Of a DNA stretch of 64,000 nucleotides, positions 27,433 through 37,463 are shown one piece after another. This stretch comes from Candidatus Moraniibacteriota bacterium (GTDB lineage: Bacteria > Patescibacteriota > Minisyncoccia > Moranbacterales > UBA1568). Position numbers and translations under genes: made by a program. The first letter of the stretch is position 1; each line of letters begins with the position of its first letter. Under the pieces are notes generated by a model. The model was given only the letters and a program-made list of their open reading frames with translations. It was not told where the DNA came from and made no database searches. The stretch spans positions 265,745-329,744 of the forward strand of contig JBAQEZ010000003.1 of the NCBI GenBank assembly GCA_049287005.1, written 5' to 3'.

Positions 27433-28623
27433 ATGGCAGAGCAATTTGACCGCAGCAAGCCCCATGTAAACGTCGGTACAATTGGCCACGTTGACCACGG
27501 CAAAACAACCTTGACCGCCGCTATTTTGCATGTCCAGCATTTCTTGGGCATGGCGAAAGAAAAGGGTATCGACGAAATCGACAAGGCTCCAGAAGAGCGC
27601 GAGCGCGGTATCACTATCGCGACAGCTCATTGTGAGTATGAAACTGAAAAGCGTCATTACGCGCATGTTGATTGCCCTGGTCACGCTGACTATATCAAGA
27701 ACATGATTACGGGTGCCGCTCAGATGGACGGTGCTATCCTCGTGGTCTCTGCTACTGATGGTCCGATGCCGCAGACACGTGAGCATATCCTCTTGGCTCG
27801 CCAGGTAGGTGTGCCGGCTATCGTTGTTTTTTTGAACAAGGTAGACATGGTGGATGACGCGGAACTCATTGAGCTCGTGGAAGCTGAAGTGCGCGAACTC
27901 CTTTCCAAATATGAATTTGATGGCGATAAGGCGGTTATCATTCGTGGCAGCGCTTTGAAAGCTTTGGAATCGAAATCAGCTGATGATGCTGATGCCAAGC
28001 CGATTCTTGATCTCATGAAGGCTATCGATGAAAACATTCCACAGCCAGTGCGTGATCTGGACAAGCCGTTCCTCCTCCCGATCGAAGATATTTTCTCGAT
28101 TGAAGGTCGTGGTACGGTAGTGACTGGTCGTATCGAGCGCGGTATCGTGAATGTCGGTGACGAAGTGGAAATCGTCGGTCTCCGTGATACTGCCAAGACG
28201 GTGGTAACGGGTATCGAAATGTTCAACAAATCTCTGAATCGCGGTGAATGTGGTGATAATGCCGGTATCCTGATTCGTGGTATCAAGAAGGAAGATGTCG
28301 AGCGCGGTCAGGTTTTGGCCAAGCCAGGTTCCATCACTCCGCATACGGAATTTGATAGCGAAGTCTATGTGTTGTCCAAAGAAGAAGGTGGACGCCACAC
28401 TCCGTTTTTCAAAGGATACAAACCGCAGTTTTATATTCGCACCACTGACGTGACTGGCGAAGTAGAATTGCCGGAAGGCACTGAAATGGTGATGCCGGGT
28501 GACACTGTGAAGCTCAAGATCAAGCTTTTGGCACCTGTGGCCATGGAAGAAGGGATGCGCTTCGCCATTCGTGAAGGTGGCCGTACGGTCGGTGCCGGCG
28601 TCGCAACCAAGATTTTGAAATAG
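27433..28623 (+). CDS. tuf: elongation factor Tu
   Basis: [27 protein letters not shown] and NKVDMVDD are the G1, G3 and G4 motifs. Confidence 0.97.
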   Translation: MAEQFDRSKPHVNVGTIGHVDHGKTTLTAAILHVQHFLGMAKEKGIDEIDKAPEERERGITIATAHCEYETEKRHYAHVDCPGHADYIKNMITGAAQMDGAILVVSATDGPMPQTREHILLARQVGVPAIVVFLNKVDMVDDAELIELVEAEVRELLSKYEFDGDKAVIIRGSALKALESKSADDADAKPILDLMKAIDENIPQPVRDLDKPFLLPIEDIFSIEGRGTVVTGRIERGIVNVGDEVEIVGLRDTAKTVVTGIEMFNKSLNRGECGDNAGILIRGIKKEDVERGQVLAKPGSITPHTEFDSEVYVLSKEEGGRHTPFFKGYKPQFYIRTTDVTGEVELPEGTEMVMPGDTVKLKIKLLAPVAMEEGMRFAIREGGRTVGAGVATKILK

Positions 28624-28725
28624 TTTTTGAGGGAATCGAGTGACGAGTCATCCGCCGGTTGGCGAATGACTCCCACGATCATTCTCTTGAAGAAGGGGAT
28701 AAACAGGTACTTATAAAACGACGCA

Positions 28726-29052
28726 ATGAAAAAGACAGAAACGACGCAGAATCTGCGTGTCAGGATTAAAATCAAGGCTTACGATCACAAGGTGATTGAT
28801 CAGTCTGCCAGGAAAATCGTCGAAACAGCCGAACGTACCGGCGCAGTGATTACCGGTCCGGTGCCGCTGCCGACAGAAATCCACAAGGTGACCGTTAATC
28901 GTTCCACGTTCGTGCACAAGAACTCTCGCGATCAGTATGAGATGCGGGTACACAAGAGATTGATCGATATCGTCAACCCGACGGCCAAAACGATCGAGAA
29001 CCTGACGAACCTGGATCTCCCCGCCGGAGTCGATGTCGAAATTAAAATGTAA
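28726..29052 (+). CDS. rpsJ: 30S ribosomal protein S10
   Basis: [28 protein letters not shown]... Confidence 0.95.
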   Translation: MKKTETTQNLRVRIKIKAYDHKVIDQSARKIVETAERTGAVITGPVPLPTEIHKVTVNRSTFVHKNSRDQYEMRVHKRLIDIVNPTAKTIENLTNLDLPAGVDVEIKM

Positions 29053-29175
29053 GAGAATTCTTCTCTTCGGCACATTTCTTTGTTGCAACCTCTAGTGCTC
29101 GACGCTGTATTATGAAATACAGCTTACTCCGCGCTTCGGTTGCGCCTCGAACTGTACTCGAAGAGAAGAATTCTC
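29053..29175 (+). repeat. Structured intergenic element, copy B (17-bp perfect closing stem)
   Basis: GAGAATTCTTCTCTTCG (29053-29069) pairs with CGAAGAGAAGAATTCTC (29159-29175). The core shares GCACATTTCTTTGTT, TGTAT-tatgaa-ATACA, GCTTACTCCG and TTGCGCCTCGAAC with copy A. Confidence 0.6.
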
Positions 29176-29328
29176 AAAAACATTCGTTCAAGTCCCCCTT
29201 CATTTGGTAGAGTCTCCGGATGAGAAGTCAGGGATACTAAGCGAGCCAGGTTTTCCAAAAACCGCGGCTGTGTCTTAGCAGGACCAGCTTTTTATTTGTC
29301 ACAGCATTATCCAAGATATAATACAGCC

Positions 29329-29937
29329 ATGAAATTTCTCCTCGGCAAAAAACTCGGCATGACGACGCTCTTCGATGATACGAAGGGGGCCTTGAATGTG
29401 ACCCTCATTACCTGCCAGGAAAATACGGTGACGCTCAACCGGACGTTCGAAAAAGATGGCTATCTGGCCGTGCAGCTCGAAATCGAAAAGACGGGCAAGA
29501 AAACCATCCGCAAAGAATTCCGCGTCGATAAGGCGGTGACGGTAGCAGCGGATCGCGCTGGTATGGTCAAGGAACTGGAGCAGTATCCGGTGGATGGGAA
29601 AGTGAATGTTTCTCTGTTTGAGGTAGGCGAGCGTGTGAATATCGCCGGTGTGACCAAAGCCAAAGGATTTCAGGGTACGGTGAAACGCTACGGATTCGCC
29701 GGAGGCCGCAAAAGTCATGGCGGCAAGCACGATTTGCGCAAGCCAGGATCCATCGGTGCGACTTTTCCGGAACACGTTGTGAAGGGACGTCGTATGGCGG
29801 GTCGTATGGGCGGTGCAAATATGACGGCTCTCAATCTGACGGTGGTATATATCAACGAGGCCGAAGGGCTGATCGGCGTGCGCGGCGCGGTACCGGGAGT
29901 GAATGGCCGGATTGTCAAAATAATGAGCGTGAAATAA
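29329..29937 (+). CDS. rplC: 50S ribosomal protein L3
   Basis: MKFLLGKKLGMTTLFDD... Confidence 0.9.
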   Translation: MKFLLGKKLGMTTLFDDTKGALNVTLITCQENTVTLNRTFEKDGYLAVQLEIEKTGKKTIRKEFRVDKAVTVAADRAGMVKELEQYPVDGKVNVSLFEVGERVNIAGVTKAKGFQGTVKRYGFAGGRKSHGGKHDLRKPGSIGATFPEHVVKGRRMAGRMGGANMTALNLTVVYINEAEGLIGVRGAVPGVNGRIVKIMSVK

Positions 29938-29952
29938 TATTCCTCGAATACT

Positions 29953-30606
29953 ATGACCAAGGTGACTGTGAAAAATATAGCTGGGAAAGACGTGAAAGAA
30001 ATCGAACTGAAAGATTTCGTTTTCAATGTGGCTTCCAATGACACATTGCTTCACCAGATATACGTTGCACAGACCGGGAACTTGCGTAAAGCCATCGCTC
30101 ATACGAAAGATCGCGGCGAACGCAGCGGTTCAGGTATCAAGCCATGGCGTCAGAAGGGTACCGGACGTGCTCGTGCCGGTTCCGCTCAGAGTCCTTTGTG
30201 GCGCAAGGGTGGCGTGACGTTCGGTCCGACCAAAGATCGCAATTTCAGCAAAGATACGAACCAGAAGATGCGTCAGAAAGCGGTCATGATCGCTTTGAGC
30301 GAGAAACTGCGTTCCGGACAAATAATCGTTATGGATGCTTTGAATTATCCTGAAAAGAAGACGAAGTTGTTTTCGGAAACGTTACGGGCTTTCGGTATTA
30401 CCGGGAAAAGTCTGATCCTCTCCCTGACTGGCGATGAACGTGCCTGTACGGTGATGAGTCGCAATATACCCAAGGTAGAAAATACGCCGACCGAAATGCT
30501 CAACGTGGTGCAGCTGCTCAATCGTGAATATCTGATTATCACGGAGGCGGGTATCAGGAATCTCGAGGCTCGTTTTATCGCCTGGGAGAAGCAAGGGACC
30601 AAATAA
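29953..30606 (+). CDS. rplD: 50S ribosomal protein L4
   Basis: The L4 pattern, including ...RQKGTGRARAGS. Confidence 0.9.
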   Translation: MTKVTVKNIAGKDVKEIELKDFVFNVASNDTLLHQIYVAQTGNLRKAIAHTKDRGERSGSGIKPWRQKGTGRARAGSAQSPLWRKGGVTFGPTKDRNFSKDTNQKMRQKAVMIALSEKLRSGQIIVMDALNYPEKKTKLFSETLRAFGITGKSLILSLTGDERACTVMSRNIPKVENTPTEMLNVVQLLNREYLIITEAGIRNLEARFIAWEKQGTK

Positions 30607-30615
30607 TATAACCGT

Positions 30616-31011
30616 ATGGCATTATTCAAGGATACAATCGAAGAGGTAAAAGAGAAGGTTGTGAAAACAGTGTCTTCTTCGAAAGTTTCTGCCGCCAAAA
30701 AAACGCTGACGGTCAAAGAAAGCCCCCTGGCGACCAGAATCCTGTCTCGTCCGCGTGTGACGGAAAAGTCGTACGCCCTGAACGCTCTCAATCAGTATGT
30801 TTTCGTAGTGACCAAGGAGGCGACGAAACAATCAGTGAAACGAGCCGTTGAAGAAGCCTATGCCGTAGAGGTGGAGAAGGTGCGTATCGTGAAGCTCCCT
30901 GCTAAGAAGCGTATTATGGGTAAGAATATCGGTACGAAAAGCGCCATCAAGAAAGCGATTATCAGTGTGGCGAAAGGACAGACAATAGAACTCTTTAAGG
31001 GCGGCATGTAA
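30616..31011 (+). CDS. rplW: 50S ribosomal protein L23 (with N-terminal extension)
   Basis: ILSRPRVTEKSYAL...NQYVFVV. Confidence 0.85.
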   Translation: MALFKDTIEEVKEKVVKTVSSSKVSAAKKTLTVKESPLATRILSRPRVTEKSYALNALNQYVFVVTKEATKQSVKRAVEEAYAVEVEKVRIVKLPAKKRIMGKNIGTKSAIKKAIISVAKGQTIELFKGGM

Positions 31012-31015
31012 AGAT

Positions 31016-31843
31016 ATGGCAATCAAAATCTACAAAAAGAATAATGCGGGACGGCGCAATATGTCCGTGGTCAAGCCGGAGGGTGTGACTGATAGGGCTC
31101 CGGAGAAATCCCTTTTGACGCCACTACCGAAGAAAGCTGGTCGTTCAGGCGGGAAGATTTCCGTGCGTCATCAGGGTGGCGGTGCCAAGCGTCGCTATCG
31201 TATCGTTGACTTCCGTCAGGATAAATTGAATGTGCCTGGCCGGATCGCCAGTATTGAAAAAGACCCGAATCGTTCCGCTTTGATTGCCCTCGTACATTAT
31301 GTGGACGGTGAAAAACGGTATGTGTTGGCTACGAATGGTATGCGCCAAGGTCAGGAAATTATTTCCGGAGAAGTGACGCCGATCGTCAACGGCAACCGTT
31401 TGCTGCTCAAGAATATCCCTATCGGAACCACTATCTGCAACATTGAAATGAAGATCGGCAAGGGTGGACAGATCGTGAGAAGCGCCGGGACGCAGGCATC
31501 ACTCATGGCTCTCGATGGTCCGATGGCACAGATCAAATTGAGCTCGGGAGAAATCCGCTTGATCAGCAAAGAATGCTATGCTACGCTCGGACAAGTGAGC
31601 AATTTCGAACACAGCGCAGAAACGATCGGGAAAGCCGGGCGCGCTCGTCATATGAATCATCGTCCGGTAGTCCGTGGTAGCGCGATGAACCCTGTCGATC
31701 ATCCGCACGGCGGCGGTGAAGGCCGTCAGCCGATCGGCATGCATCCGAAGACTCCATGGGGGAAGCCGGCACTCGGTAAGAAGACCCGCAAGAAAAAGAA
31801 TGTCACCAACAAATACATCGTCAAGCGTCGTCAGAAGAAGTAG
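31016..31843 (+). CDS. rplB: 50S ribosomal protein L2
   Basis: VDHPHGGGEGR and the overall L2 sequence. Confidence 0.95.
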   Translation: MAIKIYKKNNAGRRNMSVVKPEGVTDRAPEKSLLTPLPKKAGRSGGKISVRHQGGGAKRRYRIVDFRQDKLNVPGRIASIEKDPNRSALIALVHYVDGEKRYVLATNGMRQGQEIISGEVTPIVNGNRLLLKNIPIGTTICNIEMKIGKGGQIVRSAGTQASLMALDGPMAQIKLSSGEIRLISKECYATLGQVSNFEHSAETIGKAGRARHMNHRPVVRGSAMNPVDHPHGGGEGRQPIGMHPKTPWGKPALGKKTRKKKNVTNKYIVKRRQKK

Positions 31844-31864
31844 TATCATAATAGAGAGAAATAT

Positions 31865-32209
31865 ATGTCACGAAGTCTCAAAAAAGGTCCATACGTCGAT
31901 CCTCGCGTGCTCAAGAAGCTCGAAGGAAAGCAACTCGGTGATCGTACTATTATCAAGACATGGTCGCGCTCATGCACTATCTCTCCGGAGATGACCGGTT
32001 TTACTTTCGGCGTGCACAATGGCAAGGATTTCATTTCTGTCTTCGTAACCGAAGAAATGGTAGGCCATAAATTGGGAGAGTTTTCCCCGACCCGCAAGTT
32101 CAGCCGTCATGGAGGAAAGATGCAGAAAGATTTGGAAACAGCGGCCAAGCAGCGTGACCTCGATGCCGCCAAAGCCGCCAAGAGTGCCACTCCAGCCGCT
32201 AAGAAATAA
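31865..32209 (+). CDS. rpsS: 30S ribosomal protein S19 (K/A-rich C-terminal extension)
   Basis: [12 protein letters not shown]...TFGVHNGK. Confidence 0.9.
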   Translation: MSRSLKKGPYVDPRVLKKLEGKQLGDRTIIKTWSRSCTISPEMTGFTFGVHNGKDFISVFVTEEMVGHKLGEFSPTRKFSRHGGKMQKDLETAAKQRDLDAAKAAKSATPAAKK

Positions 32210-32297
32210 CACATATGAATTTGTTTTTACCAGCACTGCGTTCGGAAGTAAAAATAAATTTTAGCCTCACTCACTTCGTTTGGTAATAGATATCGTT

Positions 32298-32837
32298 ATG
32301 AAAGTACACGCTACCCTCACAAATCTCCGTATCGCTCCGCGTAAAGTGCGTCTCGTGACTCACTCTATTATCGGCGTGGATGCGCGCGAAGCCCTTCTCC
32401 AACTCTCCAAGCAGGTGAAGAAATCTTCTCAGCCGATCTATGATCTGGTGAAAAGCGCCATGGCCAATGCCACCAATAATAATGGATTGGACGAGGCGAA
32501 CCTCTATGTTTTGGAGATTCGGGTGGGAGATGGGCTGCGTTTGAAGCGGTGGCTGCCGCGCGCGTTCGGCAGAGCCACTCCTCTGCTGCATCGCGGTTCC
32601 AATGTGACGGTGATTTTGGAAGAAAAAATAGAAGGCAAGAATCGTACTGCCAAGAAACAAGCGGCAGCAATTGTGACCGTCAAGGAAGAGGAGAGCACCG
32701 AATCGCAGGCAGAAAAAAAGATCGCTCAAGGCGCGAAAAATACGGAGAAAGTTGAATCTTTCAAAGGGGGTGTAACCAGCAATAAGACAGCCAGCGGCAA
32801 GGTAATCAAAAAAGTGTTTCAGAGAAAATCGGTTTAA
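32298..32837 (+). CDS. rplV: 50S ribosomal protein L22 (long K/E-rich C-terminal extension)
   Basis: MKVHATLTNLRIAPRKVRLV. Confidence 0.85.
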   Translation: MKVHATLTNLRIAPRKVRLVTHSIIGVDAREALLQLSKQVKKSSQPIYDLVKSAMANATNNNGLDEANLYVLEIRVGDGLRLKRWLPRAFGRATPLLHRGSNVTVILEEKIEGKNRTAKKQAAAIVTVKEEESTESQAEKKIAQGAKNTEKVESFKGGVTSNKTASGKVIKKVFQRKSV

Positions 32838-32858
32838 ATAAGAAAGCAAAACATCGCT

Positions 32859-33518
32859 ATGGGCAATAAAGTCAATCCAACTGGCATCCGTCTCGGTATT
32901 ACGACCACCTGGCAGTCACGCTGGTTCGGGAATAAGAAGACGTATAGCGCGCAGCTGCGCAAAGACGTGGAAATCCGCACGCTTATCATGAGCAAGTGGA
33001 AGGCCGCGGCGATCGCCTCAGTGCAGATTGACCGTTCTGCCAATGTGGTGAAGCTGTTTATCCTGACAGCCCGTCCGGGAGTACTCATCGGCCGCGGCGG
33101 TACCGGCATCGAAGATCTGACGCGCGCTATCAAAAAACAATTTTTCGCAGGCAAGAAAGTGGATCTCAAAGTGGAAGTGCAAGAAGTGAAGAGCCCGGAA
33201 ACGAACGCCATGCTGGTTGGCCAGCAGGTAGCGGAACAATTGGAGAAACGTATGCCGTTTCGGCGCATTTTGAAAAGCATGCTGGATCAGGTGGAGGGCA
33301 ATAAGACCGTGCAGGGCGTGAAGATAGAAATTTGCGGTCGCCTGGGAGGGGCTGAAATGTCTCGGCGCGAATGGTTGTCCCGTGGAAAAATTCCTTTGCA
33401 TACGCTGCGCGCCGATATCGACTTCGCTCGGGCTGAGGCGCACACGACGTACGGTGTCATCGGAGTGAAGACATGGATTTACAAGGGTGAAAAGTTTGAA
33501 GAGAAAGAAAAAGAATAA
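32859..33518 (+). CDS. rpsC: 30S ribosomal protein S3
   Basis: MGNKVNPTGIRLGI... includes the KH domain. Confidence 0.95.
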   Translation: MGNKVNPTGIRLGITTTWQSRWFGNKKTYSAQLRKDVEIRTLIMSKWKAAAIASVQIDRSANVVKLFILTARPGVLIGRGGTGIEDLTRAIKKQFFAGKKVDLKVEVQEVKSPETNAMLVGQQVAEQLEKRMPFRRILKSMLDQVEGNKTVQGVKIEICGRLGGAEMSRREWLSRGKIPLHTLRADIDFARAEAHTTYGVIGVKTWIYKGEKFEEKEKE

Positions 33519-33530
33519 CGGAAGTATCCT

Positions 33531-33941
33531 ATGTTAATGCCAAGAAAAGTAAAACATCGCAAGATCCACCGTGGCGGTTGGTCCGGGAGTCCGGCCACGC
33601 GCGGAGATAAGGTGAGCTTCGGAGGCTACGGCTTGAAGGCTGTAGAAGAAGGGCTGGTCTCAGCTCGTCAAATCGAGGCTGCGAGACGGGCTATGACTCG
33701 CTCGATCCAGCGCGGTGGCAAGGTATGGATCCGCATTTTTCCGGATAAGCCGATGACCAAGAAAGGCGAGCAGACGCCGATGGGGAAAGGAAAGGGCAGC
33801 GTCGATCATTTTGTCGCCAAGATACGCGCCGGAAAAGTTCTCTTCGAACTCGATGGCATTTCCAAGAAAGATGCGGCTGAGGCCATGCGTTTGGCGTCCC
33901 ACAAGCTGGCGATCAAAACAAAATTCGTGGAACGACAATAA
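33531..33941 (+). CDS. rplP: 50S ribosomal protein L16
   Basis: [15 protein letters not shown]. Confidence 0.95.
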   Translation: MLMPRKVKHRKIHRGGWSGSPATRGDKVSFGGYGLKAVEEGLVSARQIEAARRAMTRSIQRGGKVWIRIFPDKPMTKKGEQTPMGKGKGSVDHFVAKIRAGKVLFELDGISKKDAAEAMRLASHKLAIKTKFVERQ

Positions 33942-34008
33942 GAGGAGTGAAAAGTTCATAAAGTCGTAGAGTCGAAAGCCTATAAAGTTCATAAAGTTGA
34001 TCGAAGGT

Positions 34009-34212
34009 ATGAAAGCAAAAGAATGGCGGGAAAAATCAGACGGGGAGCGCGAGAAAGCGCTGCTCGAGTTAGCCGGCAAGGCTCGCAAGCTGCGGTTTGA
34101 TTTGGCGACTCGGGAAACAAAAATCCACAGCGAGTATAGAAAAATCCGGAAAGATGTCGCTCGTCTGATGACGCTCAAGCAGGAGGCGCTGCTTTCAATT
34201 AATGTAGACTAA
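34009..34212 (+). CDS. rpmC: 50S ribosomal protein L29
   Basis: [10 protein letters not shown]...EL is the L29 consensus start. Confidence 0.85.
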   Translation: MKAKEWREKSDGEREKALLELAGKARKLRFDLATRETKIHSEYRKIRKDVARLMTLKQEALLSINVD

Positions 34213-34216
34213 GCAT

Positions 34217-34480
34217 ATGAAAAAAGTGATACCGGCAATGGAAAAAGCGAACAAGGCGCCCCAGTGGAGCGGCGTGGTCGTGAGCAACAAAATGGACAAG
34301 ACGATCATCGTGGCCGTGGATACGCTCAAGACCCATCCCAAGTACCTGAAACAGTATCGTTCCACGAAGCGATACAAGGTGCATGTCGAAGAAAATAAGT
34401 ACGCCCTCGGAGAGAAAGTAGTGTTTCAAGAGTGTCGTCCGGTCAGCCGTGATAAGCGCCATAAGATTGTCGCCGCATAA
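34217..34480 (+). CDS. rpsQ: 30S ribosomal protein S17
   Basis: GVVVSNKMDKTIIVAV. Confidence 0.9.
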   Translation: MKKVIPAMEKANKAPQWSGVVVSNKMDKTIIVAVDTLKTHPKYLKQYRSTKRYKVHVEENKYALGEKVVFQECRPVSRDKRHKIVAA

Positions 34481-34495
34481 TAAGAAAAGTATTCT

Positions 34496-34867
34496 ATGAT
34501 CCAAGCAGAATCAAAATTGATGGTAGCGGACAACAGTGGCGCGAAAATGATCAAGTGCTTCAAGGTGCTTGGTGGCACGAGACGGCGCTATGCAGGACTC
34601 GGCGATATCGTGGTAGCTTCCGTGAAGTCGGCTGAACCGCGCGGCATCGTGAAAAAGGGCGAAATCGTGAAAGCGGTGATCGTCCGTCAGGTCAGATCGC
34701 ATCGTCGCAAAGACAATTCCTATATCCGTTTTGATGAGAACGCTGCCGTCATTCTCGATGCCAACAATATCGACCCGAAAGGGACACGTATTTTCGGGCC
34801 AGTAGCGCGCGAATTGCGAGAGAAAGGCTTCGCGAAGATTGTCTCGCTGGCTCCGGAAGTTTTATAA
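34496..34867 (+). CDS. rplN: 50S ribosomal protein L14
   Basis: [17 protein letters not shown]. Confidence 0.95.
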   Translation: MIQAESKLMVADNSGAKMIKCFKVLGGTRRRYAGLGDIVVASVKSAEPRGIVKKGEIVKAVIVRQVRSHRRKDNSYIRFDENAAVILDANNIDPKGTRIFGPVARELREKGFAKIVSLAPEVL

Positions 34868-34875
34868 ATATACCT

Positions 34876-35181
34876 ATGAAGATCAAGAAAGGCGACCAAG
34901 TGGAAATAACAGCAGGGAAAGATTCCGGTAAGCGCGGAGAAGTTCTGTATGTGTTTCCGAAATTGGAAAAGATAGTGGTCAAGGGCGCGAATATCGTGAA
35001 GCGTCATATCAAGGCGCGGCGCGATGGCGAGAAAGGACAGCGTATCGAAAAAGAAGCTCCTTTCCATGTCTCCAACGTGATGCTCGTGTGTCCTCATTCC
35101 GGGAAGTTGACGCGGATCGGATACAAGATCGAGGGCGGAGAAAAAGTGCGGATCAGCAAGAAGTCGGGCAAGGTCATCTAA
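34876..35181 (+). CDS. rplX: 50S ribosomal protein L24
   Basis: MKIKKGDQVEITAGKDSGKRGEV is the KOW motif. Confidence 0.9.
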   Translation: MKIKKGDQVEITAGKDSGKRGEVLYVFPKLEKIVVKGANIVKRHIKARRDGEKGQRIEKEAPFHVSNVMLVCPHSGKLTRIGYKIEGGEKVRISKKSGKVI

Positions 35182-35210
35182 TCCAACAAGCGTGTAGCGG
35201 AAGATTTCGT

Positions 35211-35777
35211 ATGAAAATGTTACAGAAGAAACAATTGTATACTGAAAAGGTAGTGCCTGCCTTGAAGAAAGAGCTTGGCATCAAGAACCCGATGGCTGTT
35301 CCGCGTGTGGGAAAAATCGTGGTGAACATCGGTACGGGGAAAATTCTGAAAGATTCGAAACGAGTAGAAGACGCGATCGCCTCCCTGGAAGTGATTACCG
35401 GGCAAAAGGTGCTGCCGACGAAGGCGCGCAAGGCTATCGCCGGTTTCAAGACCCGAGAAGGATTGGAAATAGGCGCTCGAGTGACGCTTCACGGTAAGCG
35501 CATGTGGGATTTCTTGGATCGCCTGGTGAACGTCGCTTTGCCACGGGTACGCGATTTCCAGGGTATTCCGAAAAGCGCCATCGATCAGAGCGGCAACTGC
35601 AATATCGGCATCAAAGAGCATCTCGTGTTTCCAGAAATCATTCCTGAAAAAGTCCAGCATATTTTCAGTTTCCAAGTGAATATCGTTACGACAGCCAAGA
35701 ATAAACAGGAAGGTGAAGCATTGTTCCGTCTTCTCGGATTACCGCTCGAACAAGGTGAGGTAAGAAGGGAAAAGTAA
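35211..35777 (+). CDS. rplE: 50S ribosomal protein L5
   Basis: LGIKNPMAVPRVGKIVVNIG. The ATG at 35211 is preferred over the ORF-track start at 35088, which overlaps rplX. Confidence 0.9.
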   Translation: MKMLQKKQLYTEKVVPALKKELGIKNPMAVPRVGKIVVNIGTGKILKDSKRVEDAIASLEVITGQKVLPTKARKAIAGFKTREGLEIGARVTLHGKRMWDFLDRLVNVALPRVRDFQGIPKSAIDQSGNCNIGIKEHLVFPEIIPEKVQHIFSFQVNIVTTAKNKQEGEALFRLLGLPLEQGEVRREK

Positions 35778-35792
35778 TATATCGAAATTTAT

Positions 35793-35978
35793 ATGGCAAA
35801 GACATCTACAGCAGCAAGAGCACTCAAAACCCCGAAATTTTCAACCCGGATTGTGAATCGGTGTTGGAAGTGTGGTCGTAAACGCGGGTACCTGCGCAAA
35901 TATGATGTGTGTCGTATCTGTTTCCGTGAACTCGCCAACAGCGGCCAGATTCCCGGAGTGAAGAAGTCGTCTTGGTAA
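35793..35978 (+). CDS. rpsN: 30S ribosomal protein S14, zinc-binding type Z
   Basis: 61 aa; [23 protein letters not shown] has the four-Cys cluster. Confidence 0.9.
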   Translation: MAKTSTAARALKTPKFSTRIVNRCWKCGRKRGYLRKYDVCRICFRELANSGQIPGVKKSSW

Positions 35979-36000
35979 AGCTAAAAGCTAGATAAAGAAT

Positions 36001-36408
36001 ATGTTAGATCCAATCGCAGACATGTTAACGAGAATTCGCAACGCGCAGGCTGCCGGTCACGCATCGGTTTCCATGCACGCTTCGAAGATAAAATTCGTTC
36101 TTGCTTCAATCCTGGAGCACGAGGGATTTGTCGGCCGCGTTGAGAAACAAACCGCGGAAGATGCGCATGAGAACTTGTGTATCTGGCTTAAATATACTCA
36201 AGTTTCTCCAACGAAAAAAGTCCCGGCTATCCAGGAATTGACGCGTGTCAGCAAACAGGGGTGCCGTATCTACGTCAAGAAGAGCGAAATCAAAAAGGTG
36301 AAGAACGGCTACGGTATCGCGATCGTGTCTACTTCCCAGGGGGTGATGACCGGAACGGAAGCCTATCGGCGCGGTTTGGGTGGGGAATATATCTGTCGAG
36401 TGTGGTAA
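36001..36408 (+). CDS. rpsH: 30S ribosomal protein S8
   Basis: MLDPIADMLTRIRNAQ. Confidence 0.95.
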   Translation: MLDPIADMLTRIRNAQAAGHASVSMHASKIKFVLASILEHEGFVGRVEKQTAEDAHENLCIWLKYTQVSPTKKVPAIQELTRVSKQGCRIYVKKSEIKKVKNGYGIAIVSTSQGVMTGTEAYRRGLGGEYICRVW

Positions 36409-36413
36409 AAAAT

Positions 36414-36512
36414 GAGCTTGTAGGTGGTAGCTTCTTAGCTTGTAGGAGAATATCTTTTCTCACAAAGCTAAAATCTAAGAAGCTACTAGCTACCAGCTAA
36501 TAAGCTAAAATT
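36414..36512. repeat. 'AAGCTAA'-family intergenic element (hairpin-forming) between rpsH and rplF
   Basis: GGTAGCTTCTTAG (36430-36442) pairs with CTAAGAAGCTAC (36476-36487), a 12-bp stem. It shares AGCTTGTAG and TAGCTTCTTAG blocks with 11609-11646. Confidence 0.55.
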
Positions 36513-37049
36513 ATGAGTAGAATCGGAAAAAAACCAGTGAGCATCCCCAGCGGCGTAGAGATACGGCTTGCTCTCAACGTGATCACCGTCAAAGGACCGA
36601 AAGGCACACTCGAGTTCGCTCATCCCCGTGAAGTGAAGGTGGCTGTGGCCGAGAATGAGGTGGTGGTGACGAAAGTCGGCGATACCAAGAAGGCTCAGGC
36701 TATCTGGGGAACGACCGCGAAATTGGTTGCCAACATGATCATCGGAGTAACCAGCGGGTTCCAGAAGCAGCTCGAACTGAACGGTGTCGGATTCCGTATG
36801 GCGGCGGCAGGCAAGAAACTGACCTTGGCGCTCGGTTTCTCTCATCCGGTGGAGCAGATACTGCCCCTGGACTTGGAAGCAAAAGTGGAAAATAATATTC
36901 TGACTATTTCTGGTATCGATAAGCAAAAGGTGGGCGAGATGACAGCCGTTATCAGAAAGCTCAAGCCGGTCGAGCCATACAAGGGAAAAGGTTTCCGTTA
37001 TGTAGGGGAAGTCGTCCGTCGTAAAGAGGGGAAGAAGGCCACGGCCTAA
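36513..37049 (+). CDS. rplF: 50S ribosomal protein L6
   Basis: MSRIGKKPVSIPSGVEI. Confidence 0.95.
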   Translation: MSRIGKKPVSIPSGVEIRLALNVITVKGPKGTLEFAHPREVKVAVAENEVVVTKVGDTKKAQAIWGTTAKLVANMIIGVTSGFQKQLELNGVGFRMAAAGKKLTLALGFSHPVEQILPLDLEAKVENNILTISGIDKQKVGEMTAVIRKLKPVEPYKGKGFRYVGEVVRRKEGKKATA

Positions 37050-37068
37050 TGAATTTTTGTAAACACTT

Positions 37069-37431
37069 TTGAGTATGTTAAAGCGAGAAATGAAAAAGGT
37101 GAAGCGATTTGAACGGAAGCGCCGCGTTCGTGCCAAGCTGGTTGGGACGGCGACCCGTCCTCGTCTTTCGGTATTTCGCAGTTTGAAAAATATTTCCGTG
37201 CAGGCTATCGACGATGTGGCAGGAAAGACGATCGCTCAAGCCAATCTGGCGCTCCTTGGCAAAAAGGCCAAGCATACGGTGGAGGGTGCGGCTTTGGTGG
37301 GAACGGAAATCGCGACGCAATTGATGAAACTGGATGTCAAGACGGCCGTCTTTGATCGCTCCGGGTACCGCTATCATGGCAAGGTCAAAGCGCTGGCTGA
37401 AGCGGCGCGTGCCGGCGGACTGGAGTTTTAA
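37069..37431 (+). CDS. rplR: 50S ribosomal protein L18
   Basis: RKRRVRAKL...PRLSVFRS. Confidence 0.9.
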   Translation: MSMLKREMKKVKRFERKRRVRAKLVGTATRPRLSVFRSLKNISVQAIDDVAGKTIAQANLALLGKKAKHTVEGAALVGTEIATQLMKLDVKTAVFDRSGYRYHGKVKALAEAARAGGLEF

Positions 37432-37463
37432 GTGGTGCTAATAATCGAGAATTCACGTATTTT

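Noticed and set aside
33942-34008. Tandem AAAGTTCATAAAGT direct repeats upstream of rpmC as a regulatory element
   Set aside because: There are only two short copies and the motif was not seen elsewhere in the window. It is probably a local duplication in the spacer.
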